From: a virus
Lineage: Duplodnaviria > Heunggongvirae > Uroviricota > Caudoviricetes
IMG/VR virus record: IMGVR_UViG_3300022660_000062
Coordinates: 1-64,000 of that record
DNA length: 64,000 nt
Direction: 5' to 3' (one strand)
The position numbers and the translations under genes were made by a program. Positions 52,582-62,390 of the stretch are shown piece after piece (the stretch's first letter is position 1; every line of letters starts with the position of its first letter). Below the pieces are notes generated by a model that was given only the letters and a program-made list of their open reading frames with translations, was not told where the DNA came from and did no database searches.

Positions 52582-52632
52582 ACTGTTAGTATACATTATA
52601 ATAACAATATAAGATAACTGGAGGTTGTTACT

Positions 52633-52953
52633 ATGCTGGATTTTGAACTGTTTTCTGAGATGGTTACTCGTTGGAAGAGTGGTCGTGAGGAAGTTGATAA
52701 GTTTGAAGAAGCTATGAAGCCTTTCTTTGATCGTTCTCCCCTCATGACTATGGGACAGGATGTTCGGGATGCATTGTCTGAACTGATCTGTGTGTCCTGT
52801 GGACTGGAGAAAGACAGCGACCTGCTCTGGTGGTGGGCTTTCGAGAATGTCGACAAGGTTATCGAAGTCAGCGGCGGCAAGAAGTATGACGTAACAACTC
52901 TGGAAGGTTTGTATCAATATATTCTGGATGGAAATGAGGCGGCTAAGAAATGA
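52633..52953 (+). CDS. Hypothetical protein
   Basis: ORF with GGAGGT RBS. Confidence 0.5.
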   Translation: MLDFELFSEMVTRWKSGREEVDKFEEAMKPFFDRSPLMTMGQDVRDALSELICVSCGLEKDSDLLWWWAFENVDKVIEVSGGKKYDVTTLEGLYQYILDGNEAAKK

Positions 52954-53210
52954 CTTGGGAAAACTGCAGACTCTGTGAGCACTGCTGTGCTTGCTGTGAG
53001 AACAGTCAGTACAAATCCGACTGTGATCTTTGCTTCGAAAACGATAACTTTGTTCCGAAGAAACATTTCAAGTATTGTCCCGCTAGTGGAGTGCCTCTTA
53101 ATAGACCGAAACCGAATAGGCCAGTTGTTATCATGGGAGGTGGTTCTCCTACTAAACAAGAAATGGAACAGGCAGTTGCAAAATATTTCAAGGAGCATAA
53201 GTTTCTGTGA
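52950..53210 (+). CDS. Small Cys-rich protein
   Basis: CRLCEHCCACC...C motifs; coupled ORF. Confidence 0.45.
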   Translation: MTWENCRLCEHCCACCENSQYKSDCDLCFENDNFVPKKHFKYCPASGVPLNRPKPNRPVVIMGGGSPTKQEMEQAVAKYFKEHKFL

Positions 53211-53479
53211 AACGGATAGATTTTGAATACAGTGGCAACAAATATGTTGCATTCATACATAAGAAATACGACGCATTCTGTAAAGCAAATATCTTCTATG
53301 TTCGTCCAACAAGGAAGTGGTATCAGTTCACACTGATGTATCTTGATACCATTCATTTCTTCTTGGTGGATGTGGAAACAAAAGAAGACATCATTGAGAA
53401 GTTTTGTTGGAAGATTCAGCAGGAGTTAGACAGATGTGACAGAATTGATTCTGCAACAAAGTTATGGAGATCTTTATGA
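53207..53479 (+). CDS. Hypothetical small protein (GTG start)
   Basis: ORF. Confidence 0.4.
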   Translation: MKRIDFEYSGNKYVAFIHKKYDAFCKANIFYVRPTRKWYQFTLMYLDTIHFFLVDVETKEDIIEKFCWKIQQELDRCDRIDSATKLWRSL

Positions 53480-53757
53480 AACAGTTAACAGTGGATCATG
53501 CAAGTGAGGAATGGTATGTCACTATGACTGTTGATGGTCACGGAGTGTGCGACACGACGATTTACCGTAAACGGAAAACAAAGAAGTGGTGGCAGCCTTA
53601 TTACGTATTCTTTGCGGACTTTGTTACATGCCCTGAAAGCATGGAGGAGCAGATGGAGAATATTAGAACCGTCATTGATAAGAAACTCCTAGAAGAGAAA
53701 ACAAGAAACAACTTTCTTACTGAATATCAGAAGCTGGAGGATGTTCCTTACATATGA
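53476..53757 (+). CDS. Hypothetical protein
   Basis: GGAG RBS before the ATG at 53476. Confidence 0.45.
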   Translation: MKQLTVDHASEEWYVTMTVDGHGVCDTTIYRKRKTKKWWQPYYVFFADFVTCPESMEEQMENIRTVIDKKLLEEKTRNNFLTEYQKLEDVPYI

Positions 53758-54200
53758 GAAGAGTTACAGTATACCGAAAGAAACCAACACGACAGTCTCT
53801 TGAAGTAGATCTTGTTGTTCACAAGGAGATGCTTGAACAAGCTGAAATTGAGATCTGTCGCCATAAAGACACTATCGACACGCTTCAGAAAGAACTTGTA
53901 GAAGCTCATGACAAGCTGCATCAACTGGAGAGGGCTGTTGTAACTCAATCTTGTTGTTGGATGTGTGCTAACAATCTAATGTGTCACCAAGGACGAGAGT
54001 TGCCTCAAAGTCCAGATGTTGCTTGTGGTAATTTCAAGTTCGGTTACAAAACATCAGAAAAACACAGTGACACTGTTTGTGATTACAAACATGGAAAAGT
54101 ATGTTGGGCTCAGAAGGGTGCCCCTTTGTGTGATCCGGTGTTCTGTCCAGTAAAGGAGAAACGTCCAAGTGAAAACATTAACTTCGTGGCTACAAAATGA
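53754..54200 (+). CDS. Hypothetical coiled-coil/Cys-rich protein
   Basis: ORF. Confidence 0.5.
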   Translation: MRRVTVYRKKPTRQSLEVDLVVHKEMLEQAEIEICRHKDTIDTLQKELVEAHDKLHQLERAVVTQSCCWMCANNLMCHQGRELPQSPDVACGNFKFGYKTSEKHSDTVCDYKHGKVCWAQKGAPLCDPVFCPVKEKRPSENINFVATK

Positions 54201-54432
54201 CGCAAAAGATTGTGGTTTGTGCGACCCTCCGATGAAAGCTCAAGAAGCTGTTGACTTCCTAAAGAACTATCTTCTCGGAGAGAACTGGTATGTTACAATG
54301 CCACAGAATGCAGAACAGTGTAATACTGCAATTGTAATTGAAATCTTATGCAAGTATTCTCCGAAATTCCGTAAGGAATTGAAAGAGGCAAAGAAGGAGA
54401 AGAAACGTCGTGAGAAGAATAAGCACATATAA
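54169..54432 (+). CDS. Hypothetical small protein
   Basis: ORF (GTG start). Confidence 0.4.
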   Translation: MKTLTSWLQNDAKDCGLCDPPMKAQEAVDFLKNYLLGENWYVTMPQNAEQCNTAIVIEILCKYSPKFRKELKEAKKEKKRREKNKHI

Positions 54433-54667
54433 GAGCTGGGTCTATGTGGCTGTAACAAAAGATGGTCTTATTGAGTGTATGTTTGAAGAACTTTCTGATG
54501 CGGAAGAATACATTTTTAGTATCTGGGAAGCTGAAGCATATGAAATCTTCTGTAGAAGAGGCTGCAATGAGCTTGGACCCGATATGCGTCCGTTAACTTA
54601 TCTCGACTACATGCACAAAGTTCCGAGCTGTTTGTTGCCTCATATTGAGCCTTACAGAGTGTGGTGA
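54410..54667 (+). CDS. Hypothetical small protein
   Basis: ORF (GTG start). Confidence 0.4.
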   Translation: MRRISTYKSWVYVAVTKDGLIECMFEELSDAEEYIFSIWEAEAYEIFCRRGCNELGPDMRPLTYLDYMHKVPSCLLPHIEPYRVW

Positions 54668-54670
54668 GTT

Positions 54671-54886
54671 ATGAAACTGTACATAAAAGAAGTCAAGTAC
54701 GACTTGTGGGAGGCAGTACCAGCTTACGGATTCAACTGCGACGGATATGATGATAGAATTGTTGACACCACAGGCTGGATAACGGAAGAGGAAGAAAACT
54801 TCAGATATAAATTCGATGGTCCATTCAGAGTAAGCAAGGGTCAGTGGATTTCTAGACAAGAACGTTACATACAATTCATAGATTAA
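54671..54886 (+). CDS. Hypothetical small protein
   Basis: ORF with GGTGAG RBS. Confidence 0.45.
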   Translation: MKLYIKEVKYDLWEAVPAYGFNCDGYDDRIVDTTGWITEEEENFRYKFDGPFRVSKGQWISRQERYIQFID

Positions 54887-55049
54887 AAGAGGAATGATAT
54901 ATGCAAGACAAGCAAACTATTATCATTGAGCTTGTTAAAAGCTTGAATGCTGGAAACACTAGCTACTCTCAAGATAGAGTGAAGATAGCTATTCAGCAAT
55001 ACAACCAGTTGGTTGATTACGAAATTGTGAAAGGACCGAAGGTGAAAGT

Positions 55050-55520
55050 ATGACAATTGAAATCCTAAACAGAGACATGATCATGTGCTGGAAGCAAGGT
55101 GACATCTTTATGAAGAATGTTCTTGCAAACATGATTGATGCAGTTAAGAAAGCAAGTATGACTGCAAAGGGTCGTGTAGAGATTACTGAGCAGTTAGTAA
55201 ATGAAACCCTACAGAAGTATCAGAAGACTGTTCAGGAACAGTATGATTCTTGCCCTGACTCTGCAGCTGATCCTGATCGTGATGCAGAGCTGAAGCAGCG
55301 TAAAGCTGATTACTTGAGAGAGCTGCGCATTGTTAAGGAGTATACTCCTCAGCTGTTAACTGATCCTGAGGAGATCAAGAAGACAATCATGTCACTTGTT
55401 GGTGACTTGCCTCTTGTTAAATCCAATAGAGGTAACATCATGAAGCTGATTGCTCCTGAGTTCAAGGGCAAGGCTGATATGAGCGTCGTCAATAAAGTTG
55501 TTGGAGAATTGCTGGCATGA
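55050..55520 (+). CDS. YqeY/GatB-like domain protein (tentative)
   Basis: Pattern ...KNVLANMIDAVKKA...EITEQLVNETLQKYQK... resembles YqeY-like helical domains. Confidence 0.45.
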   Translation: MTIEILNRDMIMCWKQGDIFMKNVLANMIDAVKKASMTAKGRVEITEQLVNETLQKYQKTVQEQYDSCPDSAADPDRDAELKQRKADYLRELRIVKEYTPQLLTDPEEIKKTIMSLVGDLPLVKSNRGNIMKLIAPEFKGKADMSVVNKVVGELLA

Positions 55521-55816
55521 TGATTCATGGAATTACAAATTCAGATCTTCTAGCTGCTTACATTGATAAGTATCATCGTAACATGAATGTTATGGTTGTT
55601 TATATCAATGTTACAAGTGGATGTCAGAGACTCCTTGGTGACATCAAAGATCAGCTGTTGTTGCCTATTCCAGATAGAATTGAACTTGACTCCGATTATA
55701 TCATGATTGGTTCTCATAGAGAAGAGTTAACCAAGTTCATCAACGCACACGATCATCTAATCTACGATACTAGATTAGAGCTGTATATTGATGGTTGTCT
55801 GTACATGACCAACTAA
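55517..55816 (+). CDS. Hypothetical protein
   Basis: ORF, coupled. Confidence 0.45.
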   Translation: MMIHGITNSDLLAAYIDKYHRNMNVMVVYINVTSGCQRLLGDIKDQLLLPIPDRIELDSDYIMIGSHREELTKFINAHDHLIYDTRLELYIDGCLYMTN

Positions 55817-55875
55817 GTTGATATGTTTCAACAGTTACTATATAATATATGTATAACGTGTAGGAGGTAGTTACA

Positions 55876-56076
55876 ATGTTGAATGATCTGAAGGTTTTCT
55901 TGGATAACAAGCTGAAGCAGTGCGAGGGGATCTATGACAGATATCAACTGCAGCTCATCAAAAGTGAAGCTTTTGGAGCATGTAACTTTCTCCTCACTGT
56001 AACTAAAGATAATTCTGTTGTTGAACTGTGGGAAGAATATAGACCGAAGTTCGATGACTGCATGGAGGGCTTTTGA
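55876..56076 (+). CDS. Hypothetical small protein
   Basis: ORF with AGGAGGT RBS. Confidence 0.45.
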   Translation: MLNDLKVFLDNKLKQCEGIYDRYQLQLIKSEAFGACNFLLTVTKDNSVVELWEEYRPKFDDCMEGF

Positions 56077-56456
56077 TGTTTGACAGTAAAACTACTGGTG
56101 AAGAATATACTCTCACCATTGCGAACGAAACTATTCTAATCGGTTGTAATGTACATGCATACGGCAATGAAGTTGTTGTGAAGATTCCTGAAGGTGTCAA
56201 AGAAATTGCAGGGTATGCAATGCAGGGTTGTTCTGGTGTGAAGAGAATCATTCTTCCGAAGTCACTGAGAAAAATCGGACAAGCTGCTTTTATCAGCTGT
56301 ACTGATCTGGAAGCAGTTTACATTCCGGACACTGTAACTGAAATTGGTGTTGGAGTCTTCCGGAATTGTCCTAAACTGAAACGAGTACATGTCCCTCCAA
56401 AGATCATGGAAAGTGCATTTGCAAAAGATCGTGGTTTACCGAGTTATATGTGGTAA
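56073..56456 (+). CDS. BspA-type leucine-rich-repeat protein
   Basis: ...IPEGVKEIAGYAMQGCSGVKRIILPKSLRKIGQAAFISCTDLEAVYIPDTVTEIGVGVFRNCPKLKRVHVP. Confidence 0.6.
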   Translation: MMFDSKTTGEEYTLTIANETILIGCNVHAYGNEVVVKIPEGVKEIAGYAMQGCSGVKRIILPKSLRKIGQAAFISCTDLEAVYIPDTVTEIGVGVFRNCPKLKRVHVPPKIMESAFAKDRGLPSYMW

Positions 56457-56469
56457 ATAAAATATGTCG

Positions 56470-56504
56470 AGAGCAGCCAGAAGGAACTGGCTGCTCTCTT
56501 TTTA
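56470..56504 (+). terminator. Rho-independent terminator
   Basis: GAGAGCAGCCAGAAGGAACTGGCTGCTCTC followed by TTTTT. Confidence 0.65.
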
Positions 56505-56576
56505 TGTTTTTACTATCTTGTATAATTATTATATAGAATTATTATCTAAACTTCTTTCAAAGGAGATTACATATCT

Positions 56577-57113
56577 ATGGCTTATGATTATATTCGACAA
56601 GTAGAACTTACAGACGGAACTACCAAACCAGTAGGACCTGAAACTTTCTTTAAGAGAACAGTTACCACAAGCAATCTGCTTGTAATCGGTATCAAAGCAA
56701 ATGAGTCAGGAATAGTACATATGTATACAACTTGTGACTCTGAAACTAATGAGTATGCATTCAAGTATCTTCATGAATCAGCCAGTGTACAACCTACATT
56801 TGTTGCAGGTAATCCTCACACAAGTATGAAGATGGTTGTGAGTATACCGAACGCTTCAACAGCTCAACTGTTTCCTGATTTTGATTTCTACACAGTACAA
56901 TTCGGCACGTCTGTCGATGTTGTTGAGTTGAGAACTCTTCTCCCTAACGTTGATATTGTTTGTTTGAACGATACTTACTCTAAGGCACAGCTGAACACAA
57001 TGTTCACAGCTGGTTATGAGGCTTATCCCCAAACCTTGCTTAACGTGAAGGATTTCGGTGACACGTTACCCAGTGCAGGCACTCCTGGTCGCATATTCTT
57101 CAAGAAAATATGA
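56577..57113 (+). CDS. Hypothetical protein (possible virion/structural)
   Basis: ORF with AAAGGAG RBS. Confidence 0.55.
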   Translation: MAYDYIRQVELTDGTTKPVGPETFFKRTVTTSNLLVIGIKANESGIVHMYTTCDSETNEYAFKYLHESASVQPTFVAGNPHTSMKMVVSIPNASTAQLFPDFDFYTVQFGTSVDVVELRTLLPNVDIVCLNDTYSKAQLNTMFTAGYEAYPQTLLNVKDFGDTLPSAGTPGRIFFKKI

Positions 57114-57149
57114 TAATCATGATACACTCTTGAGGAAGGAGATTGATCC

Positions 57150-58574
57150 ATGTCACAACAAACATTTAACGCGGCGATGCGATATGGTGGACTACGTAAT
57201 GGAGCTTCATACGAGTCTTGGCCTACCAATGCCGTGGCTTATCAAGGATGTTACAATGGTCTACACTACCCTAACGTTGAAGAGGCAGGCTACATAGGTG
57301 GAACTCGTTACGGTATCATTCAATTTGATGGCATAAGTGAACTGTGTAGTACAAAAAAGATTACTGCTCTTGAAATGACGATTGATTTTCCTACAGCTGG
57401 TAACAACACTAAGAAAACAATCAAATTCTGGAAGTCAAATTATACTTCAGTTGATACAAGTAAAAATCCAAGTTCCTACATTGGTGCATCACTGGGTGAC
57501 TATGCAACAACTGTTGTTGCATACAACAAGTCAGAAACTATAACTCTGAACGAGACAACAAACTCAGAGTTATTCAACTCTTTTGTTAACTACTTTTCTA
57601 CATCTGGTAATGATCTAATTTGTATCTATAATGGTGAAGATACCGACGATCTTATTGGAAAAGGTAATGAATCTACTAGTACACAGTGTTACAGCCCAAA
57701 CTATCTTCAGTTCAAAACATGCACACTAAAAGTTACTTACAAAGAAAAGTATACAGTAACTTACGTTGCTAATGGAGGCTCAGGAGCTCCTGCAGCACAA
57801 GCAAAGATAGAGGGTGAAGATTTAACTCTAAGCTCAACTGTTCCAACTTACACTGGAAGAACTTTTAAGGGCTGGGGAACTTCAGCAACTGATACAACTG
57901 TAGATTATGCAGCTGGCGGAACATATAGTACGGATGGAAACATCACACTGTATGCAATCTGGGAACTCAATGAATACACAATCTCCTACAATCGTAACGG
58001 ATATACAGTTGCTTCAGGATTTCCTAGTCCCTCCACGCAAACCAAAACTTACGGAACAGCATTAACTCTATCCTCTAGCAAACCTGTTTTAGACCCCACA
58101 CAATTGACTGCGTATACAGTCACATTGAACGCGAATGGGGGAACTTGTACATCAAGTAGTTTAACAGCAGCTCGAACAAAAACAAATACATTTACGAGCT
58201 GGAATACAAAAGCTGATGGCACTGGAGTAAACTACAATGTAGGAGCATCCTACACAGCAGAATCCAATGCAACACTATATATAAAAGCAGATAGCTCAAC
58301 TGTTACAAACAACGTTGACCTACCTACTGCAACAAAAACAGGTTACAAGTTTTTAGGCTGGGCAACTAGCCCTACAGCAATCGGTGGAACAACAGGAAGT
58401 TACACACCTACAGGAAATGTAACGTTGTACGCAATCTGGGAAGCTCAGGGTCTTGTTTATATTGACAATGGAACAACTCTTGAACCTTATTCTATCTGGA
58501 TCGACAACGGCACAAGCTGGGACCAGTACATGGCATACGTGGATAACGGCACAAGTTGGGATCCTTGTGGTTAA
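57150..58574 (+). CDS. Listeria-Bacteroides repeat (InlB B-repeat type) surface/receptor-binding-like protein
   Basis: Three repeats of the YTVTYVANGGSG...GW(G/A)TS...G(T/S)Y...N(I/V)TLYAIWE type, plus C-terminal DNGTSWD repeats. GAAGGAG RBS. Confidence 0.7.
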   Translation: MSQQTFNAAMRYGGLRNGASYESWPTNAVAYQGCYNGLHYPNVEEAGYIGGTRYGIIQFDGISELCSTKKITALEMTIDFPTAGNNTKKTIKFWKSNYTSVDTSKNPSSYIGASLGDYATTVVAYNKSETITLNETTNSELFNSFVNYFSTSGNDLICIYNGEDTDDLIGKGNESTSTQCYSPNYLQFKTCTLKVTYKEKYTVTYVANGGSGAPAAQAKIEGEDLTLSSTVPTYTGRTFKGWGTSATDTTVDYAAGGTYSTDGNITLYAIWELNEYTISYNRNGYTVASGFPSPSTQTKTYGTALTLSSSKPVLDPTQLTAYTVTLNANGGTCTSSSLTAARTKTNTFTSWNTKADGTGVNYNVGASYTAESNATLYIKADSSTVTNNVDLPTATKTGYKFLGWATSPTAIGGTTGSYTPTGNVTLYAIWEAQGLVYIDNGTTLEPYSIWIDNGTSWDQYMAYVDNGTSWDPCG

Positions 58575-58595
58575 CTGAATACACGTTGAACTAAT

Positions 58596-58626
58596 AAGCT
58601 ACCGATTCTTCGGTAGCTTATTTTTG
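58596..58626 (+). terminator. Rho-independent terminator
   Basis: AAGCTACCGATTCTTCGGTAGCTT followed by ATTTTTG. Confidence 0.65.
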
Positions 58627-58694
58627 TAGTTGATAGTTACTTAACTGTTTATTATAATATGTATGTAAACTAACTAAACTGAAGGAGGCATCAG

Positions 58695-59048
58695 ATGGCA
58701 GGATATACTCAGACGTATGTTTCTCTCGTCGATAAAGAAATTCCTAGCACTTATGAAGTGGAAAAGTGCAAACTCCTAAACAAGATTGAAACCGAACTTG
58801 GGCAGCACTACATGATCAGCTACAGTAAGGAGCCGATTGACAGTTATCCTTACATCATCAACACGTTGCTGGATCACTTCAAACGTGAGGATGGGGAATA
58901 TTCTTACAGAGGAAATCTTGTCGATCGAGAAAAAGTTCTATCCACTATTAAAGAACGCTACTATGCCCTTGTGCTAACGTGTGTAACAATGGAAACCGTT
59001 CCAGCTAGTTACAAAGTATTGGAGTTCGGTAAGGAGACAGATGAATGA
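58695..59048 (+). CDS. Hypothetical protein
   Basis: ORF with GAAGGAGG RBS. Confidence 0.5.
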   Translation: MAGYTQTYVSLVDKEIPSTYEVEKCKLLNKIETELGQHYMISYSKEPIDSYPYIINTLLDHFKREDGEYSYRGNLVDREKVLSTIKERYYALVLTCVTMETVPASYKVLEFGKETDE

Positions 59049-59383
59049 AAAAGAATATCAAGAATCTAAATCATGTGTGGATGATCTATCTGTATGATGT
59101 TGTTGTAGTCCTTGCATTTGTAGGACTTGCTATCTCGTTCACTAAGTGGTGGATTGCTCTTTTCGGGTTGCTGTTCATTATGACACCTTCCTATAAGAAA
59201 ACAGAGTACTATCGTCTATGTGACAACTGTGGTAAGCGCAGCCCTGGTGCAGAAACTTACAATGATGCAATCGACAAGGCTGTTAGTTCTGGATGGCTTC
59301 ATAGACCGAAAAAGCGCATTGATGGTTCAGATAATTTCGAAGACTTCTGTCCGGACTGTAGACGAAAGTTGGGGTTATACTAA
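59045..59383 (+). CDS. Membrane-anchored zinc-ribbon protein
   Basis: Two TM helices; CDNCG...CPDC. Confidence 0.5.
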   Translation: MKKNIKNLNHVWMIYLYDVVVVLAFVGLAISFTKWWIALFGLLFIMTPSYKKTEYYRLCDNCGKRSPGAETYNDAIDKAVSSGWLHRPKKRIDGSDNFEDFCPDCRRKLGLY

Positions 59384-59586
59384 TGAAATCAGCTCGAGTA
59401 AGAAGTGACTACAGCACATCAAAGCTCAACATGCTACAAACAGACGATGGAGACATCATTCTGCAAGTTTACGGTAAGGATGAATTCCGTATTGCAACTT
59501 CTGGTGGTCAATATCATGGAGAACAACTAGCTAAGATTTGTAACAAGTTTAGTGAACTGATTGATTTGTTGAATGGAGATGCATAA
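59383..59586 (+). CDS. Hypothetical small protein
   Basis: ORF. Confidence 0.4.
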   Translation: MKSARVRSDYSTSKLNMLQTDDGDIILQVYGKDEFRIATSGGQYHGEQLAKICNKFSELIDLLNGDA

Positions 59587-59814
59587 ATGGACAGAATAAG
59601 AGACATCACAGTTAGGGGCAGATTTCATCCTGAGTGTCAAGGTTGTAAGAAACTTGTTCTAGAGCGAAACGGTTACGATGATGTCTGGAACTGTTGTTTT
59701 TATTTCCAGTGTGGTAATCAGTTAGCTCATTCTGGAAAATGCATCGGAACTGATAATCATGAAGAACCATTACCGCTGTTAAAGCAGGAGAGTGAATATG
59801 TCGGACACGCATGA
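59587..59814 (+). CDS. Small Cys-rich protein
   Basis: ORF. Confidence 0.4.
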   Translation: MDRIRDITVRGRFHPECQGCKKLVLERNGYDDVWNCCFYFQCGNQLAHSGKCIGTDNHEEPLPLLKQESEYVGHA

Positions 59815-60064
59815 ATTGAAAATACTACCGCAATACTTTCAAGCTGTTTGGGATGGTAACAAAAACTTTGAATTACGAAAGAACGATCGAGATTACAAAG
59901 TTGGTGATTATCTTGTTCTACGAGAGTATTCAGGCGCTGGATATACGGGTTCATTCCTGAAAGTGGTTATTACATACATCTTGAAAGATTGTCCTGAATA
60001 TGGATTAAACAAGGATTACTGTATACTTGGTATCAGACGTACTAGTGGGTATGTAGTTGATTAA
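59798..60064 (+). CDS. ASCH/DUF3850-like small protein
   Basis: ...ELRKNDRDYKVGDYLVLREY... pattern; AGGAGAG RBS before the ATG at 59798. Confidence 0.5.
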   Translation: MSDTHELKILPQYFQAVWDGNKNFELRKNDRDYKVGDYLVLREYSGAGYTGSFLKVVITYILKDCPEYGLNKDYCILGIRRTSGYVVD

Positions 60065-60085
60065 ACAACAGTTATCTATTATAAT
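60057..60085 (+). promoter_or_regulatory. Sigma-A-type promoter (family)
   Basis: AGTTGATTAAACAACAGTTATCTATTATAAT. Confidence 0.55.
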
Positions 60086-60117
60086 GTAAGTATAATAAAT
60101 GACTGGAGGCACTACAT

Positions 60118-60300
60118 ATGCAACGCAGTGACATCATCTACCTCAGCATTCTGGACGGAACATGGCTCCTCCTTCTGTTGGAACACATTGTCCTCAATCT
60201 CGAGCTTGCTCTCCCTCTAGCAATCATCTGGGGCATCGGAACAATGCTATTCAACATCAAGGTCATTGCTAAGTATGCAATATCAGTTACATATGAATAA
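60118..60300 (+). CDS. Small membrane protein
   Basis: ORF with GGAGG RBS. Confidence 0.4.
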   Translation: MQRSDIIYLSILDGTWLLLLLEHIVLNLELALPLAIIWGIGTMLFNIKVIAKYAISVTYE

Positions 60301-60391
60301 ACAACAGTAAGATAAGAAGGCTGCAGTACAAGTTGCTGCAGCCTTTAACTGTATATAAAATTATCAATAGAAAATAAAGAGGATTAAGAAG

Positions 60392-61009
60392 ATGAAAAAA
60401 TTACAGTTTGAATCTACTGTACATAAACAAAGATTCAGTCTTGGAATACTGTGTGGATTACTTCCAATACTTTGTGTGCTGTTCGGTTTCATGTCTTGCA
60501 CTTGGGGAGGAAATCCTTGGGAGCTCCTGAACTCAATTTCTGAAACATACTATAGTAACCACAATGCCATTATGTTGATTGCTCTAGGACTTTGTGGATT
60601 CTTTCTATTTACATATGAAGGATACGATCTTGGAGACAGAGTTCTAACAATCATTGCTGGAGCTGGAGCTCTCGGAGTTGCTTTCTTTCCTTGTGAATCC
60701 GTGGTGTCATCAACTCATGTTGGATTGTTAAGTTTACCTCTTTCTATCTCCAACATTCTCCACTTTACAAGTGCAGGAATGGTGTTCGGTGGATTTGCTC
60801 TAATGACTCTCACACAGTTTACAAAAGGTAAAGATAGTAAAAGAAACAACCTCTATGTGATTTGTGGTGTCGTGATGTTGATTGCACTAATACTAGTTCC
60901 CATTAAGAGTATATTCAACTGGCCGGATTGGACTATGATGCTACTAGAGTTCTTCATGTTAGAAGCTTTCAGTGTTGCTTGGATTGTTAAGAGTAAAGTT
61001 AATCTGTAA
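60392..61009 (+). CDS. Integral membrane protein (about 6 TM)
   Basis: ORF with AAAGAGGA RBS. Confidence 0.55.
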   Translation: MKKLQFESTVHKQRFSLGILCGLLPILCVLFGFMSCTWGGNPWELLNSISETYYSNHNAIMLIALGLCGFFLFTYEGYDLGDRVLTIIAGAGALGVAFFPCESVVSSTHVGLLSLPLSISNILHFTSAGMVFGGFALMTLTQFTKGKDSKRNNLYVICGVVMLIALILVPIKSIFNWPDWTMMLLEFFMLEAFSVAWIVKSKVNL

Positions 61010-61029
61010 AATTGATTTTGAATAATAGG

Positions 61030-61062
61030 ATGCACTCTCTGTTTCGAGAGTGCATTTTTTAT
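61030..61062 (+). terminator. Rho-independent terminator
   Basis: GCACTCTCTGTTTCGAGAGTGC followed by ATTTTTT. Confidence 0.65.
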
Positions 61063-61121
61063 TTTACAGTTGAATAATCTTACCTCATCATTTATAATAA
61101 CAGTATAAATAAGAGGAGGTT

Positions 61122-62327
61122 ATGATCATGACCTACACTATTCACTCTGTTCTTCTTGAGCGTTTCGAGAATAAGCTGAAGAGCTTCCAGCGTAAGTTCG
61201 CCAAGTATGGAGACGGAAAGCTCGTGTACTCCGTTTCCGAGCCATACATCTACGAGTTCGATGCTAACGTTGATGGCTCTATTGAGGCATTTGATGGCCG
61301 TGAAGTTATCGACATTACTGTCGAGGGTGAATACAAGATCAACGATTATGAGTTCGTTGCAGCTCTTCAGTTTGATTCTGAGTCTGGTCGTAACATCGTC
61401 AATGGCGGCAACGTTCCTGAGGAGTTCCTGACTCGGTGCGCTTGTGATCATTGTAAGACGAGTCGTGCTCGAGTTCGGACAATCATTCTTCGCAATGGCG
61501 ATGAATACATCCAGGTCGGTAATTCCTGTGTGAAGGATTACCTCGGTGTCAACATTGAGCGATATGCAAGTTATCTGAGCTTCTGGCATGATCTGGAGGA
61601 GTTGGAAGAGGACAACAAGATGATGATTGTCTCCGCTCGTCCTGCTTATCTTGTTGAAGATGTGCTGTTGGAAACTGCGTGGCGTGTTGCTAAGTCTGGC
61701 TATGTCAGTAAGGAGAAGGCCTGGGAGTGGGAAGTTGATGCAACTTCTAGCGCTGTTTGGAATGCTCTCCATTCTCATATCAATCATGAGTACACCGATG
61801 AGCACAGAGCCGCTGTTGCAGCTGTTGTTGAATTTGTCAACAGTCAGGATGAAGACTTCGGTTATGTTTCTAATCTGAAGTCTCTGATCAACAACAAGTA
61901 TGTTACTAACAAGAACTTCGGATTGCTGGTTAGTTCCTTTGGATACTATGCTGCAGAGATGCGTAAACTGGAAAGAGAAAAGGCTGAACAAGTTACTGCT
62001 AATAGCCAGTGGATTAAATCTGTTGGTGAAAAGATTAAATTTGTTGCACAGCCTACTCTGATCTTCTCTATGGAAACTCAGTGGGGTTACTCTTACTTGT
62101 ATAGATTCATCTTGGATGGCAACGAGCTGATTTGGAAAACCGGAACTTGGCTGGACACTGACATCGAGTATGAAGTTTCTGGAACCATCAAAGCTCACAA
62201 TGAATATCGTGGCAAGAAGCAGACTGAACTCACTCGTTGCAGAGTTAAAGAAATTGCTCGCAAGTTCAAGGAAGAGAAAGTTGACACTGATGTTTCTGAA
62301 ACTCCTGATTGGTGGAACATGATTTAA
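61122..62327 (+). CDS. Hypothetical protein (401 aa)
   Basis: ORF with AAGAGGAGGT RBS. The overlapping 465-aa minus-strand ORF (61092-62489) is judged an antisense artefact. Confidence 0.65.
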   Translation: MIMTYTIHSVLLERFENKLKSFQRKFAKYGDGKLVYSVSEPYIYEFDANVDGSIEAFDGREVIDITVEGEYKINDYEFVAALQFDSESGRNIVNGGNVPEEFLTRCACDHCKTSRARVRTIILRNGDEYIQVGNSCVKDYLGVNIERYASYLSFWHDLEELEEDNKMMIVSARPAYLVEDVLLETAWRVAKSGYVSKEKAWEWEVDATSSAVWNALHSHINHEYTDEHRAAVAAVVEFVNSQDEDFGYVSNLKSLINNKYVTNKNFGLLVSSFGYYAAEMRKLEREKAEQVTANSQWIKSVGEKIKFVAQPTLIFSMETQWGYSYLYRFILDGNELIWKTGTWLDTDIEYEVSGTIKAHNEYRGKKQTELTRCRVKEIARKFKEEKVDTDVSETPDWWNMI

Positions 62328-62390
62328 GTTGAACTTTCTTTCAGGATAAACAATAATTATATTGATAACATACTTAGGAGGCAACAAATC

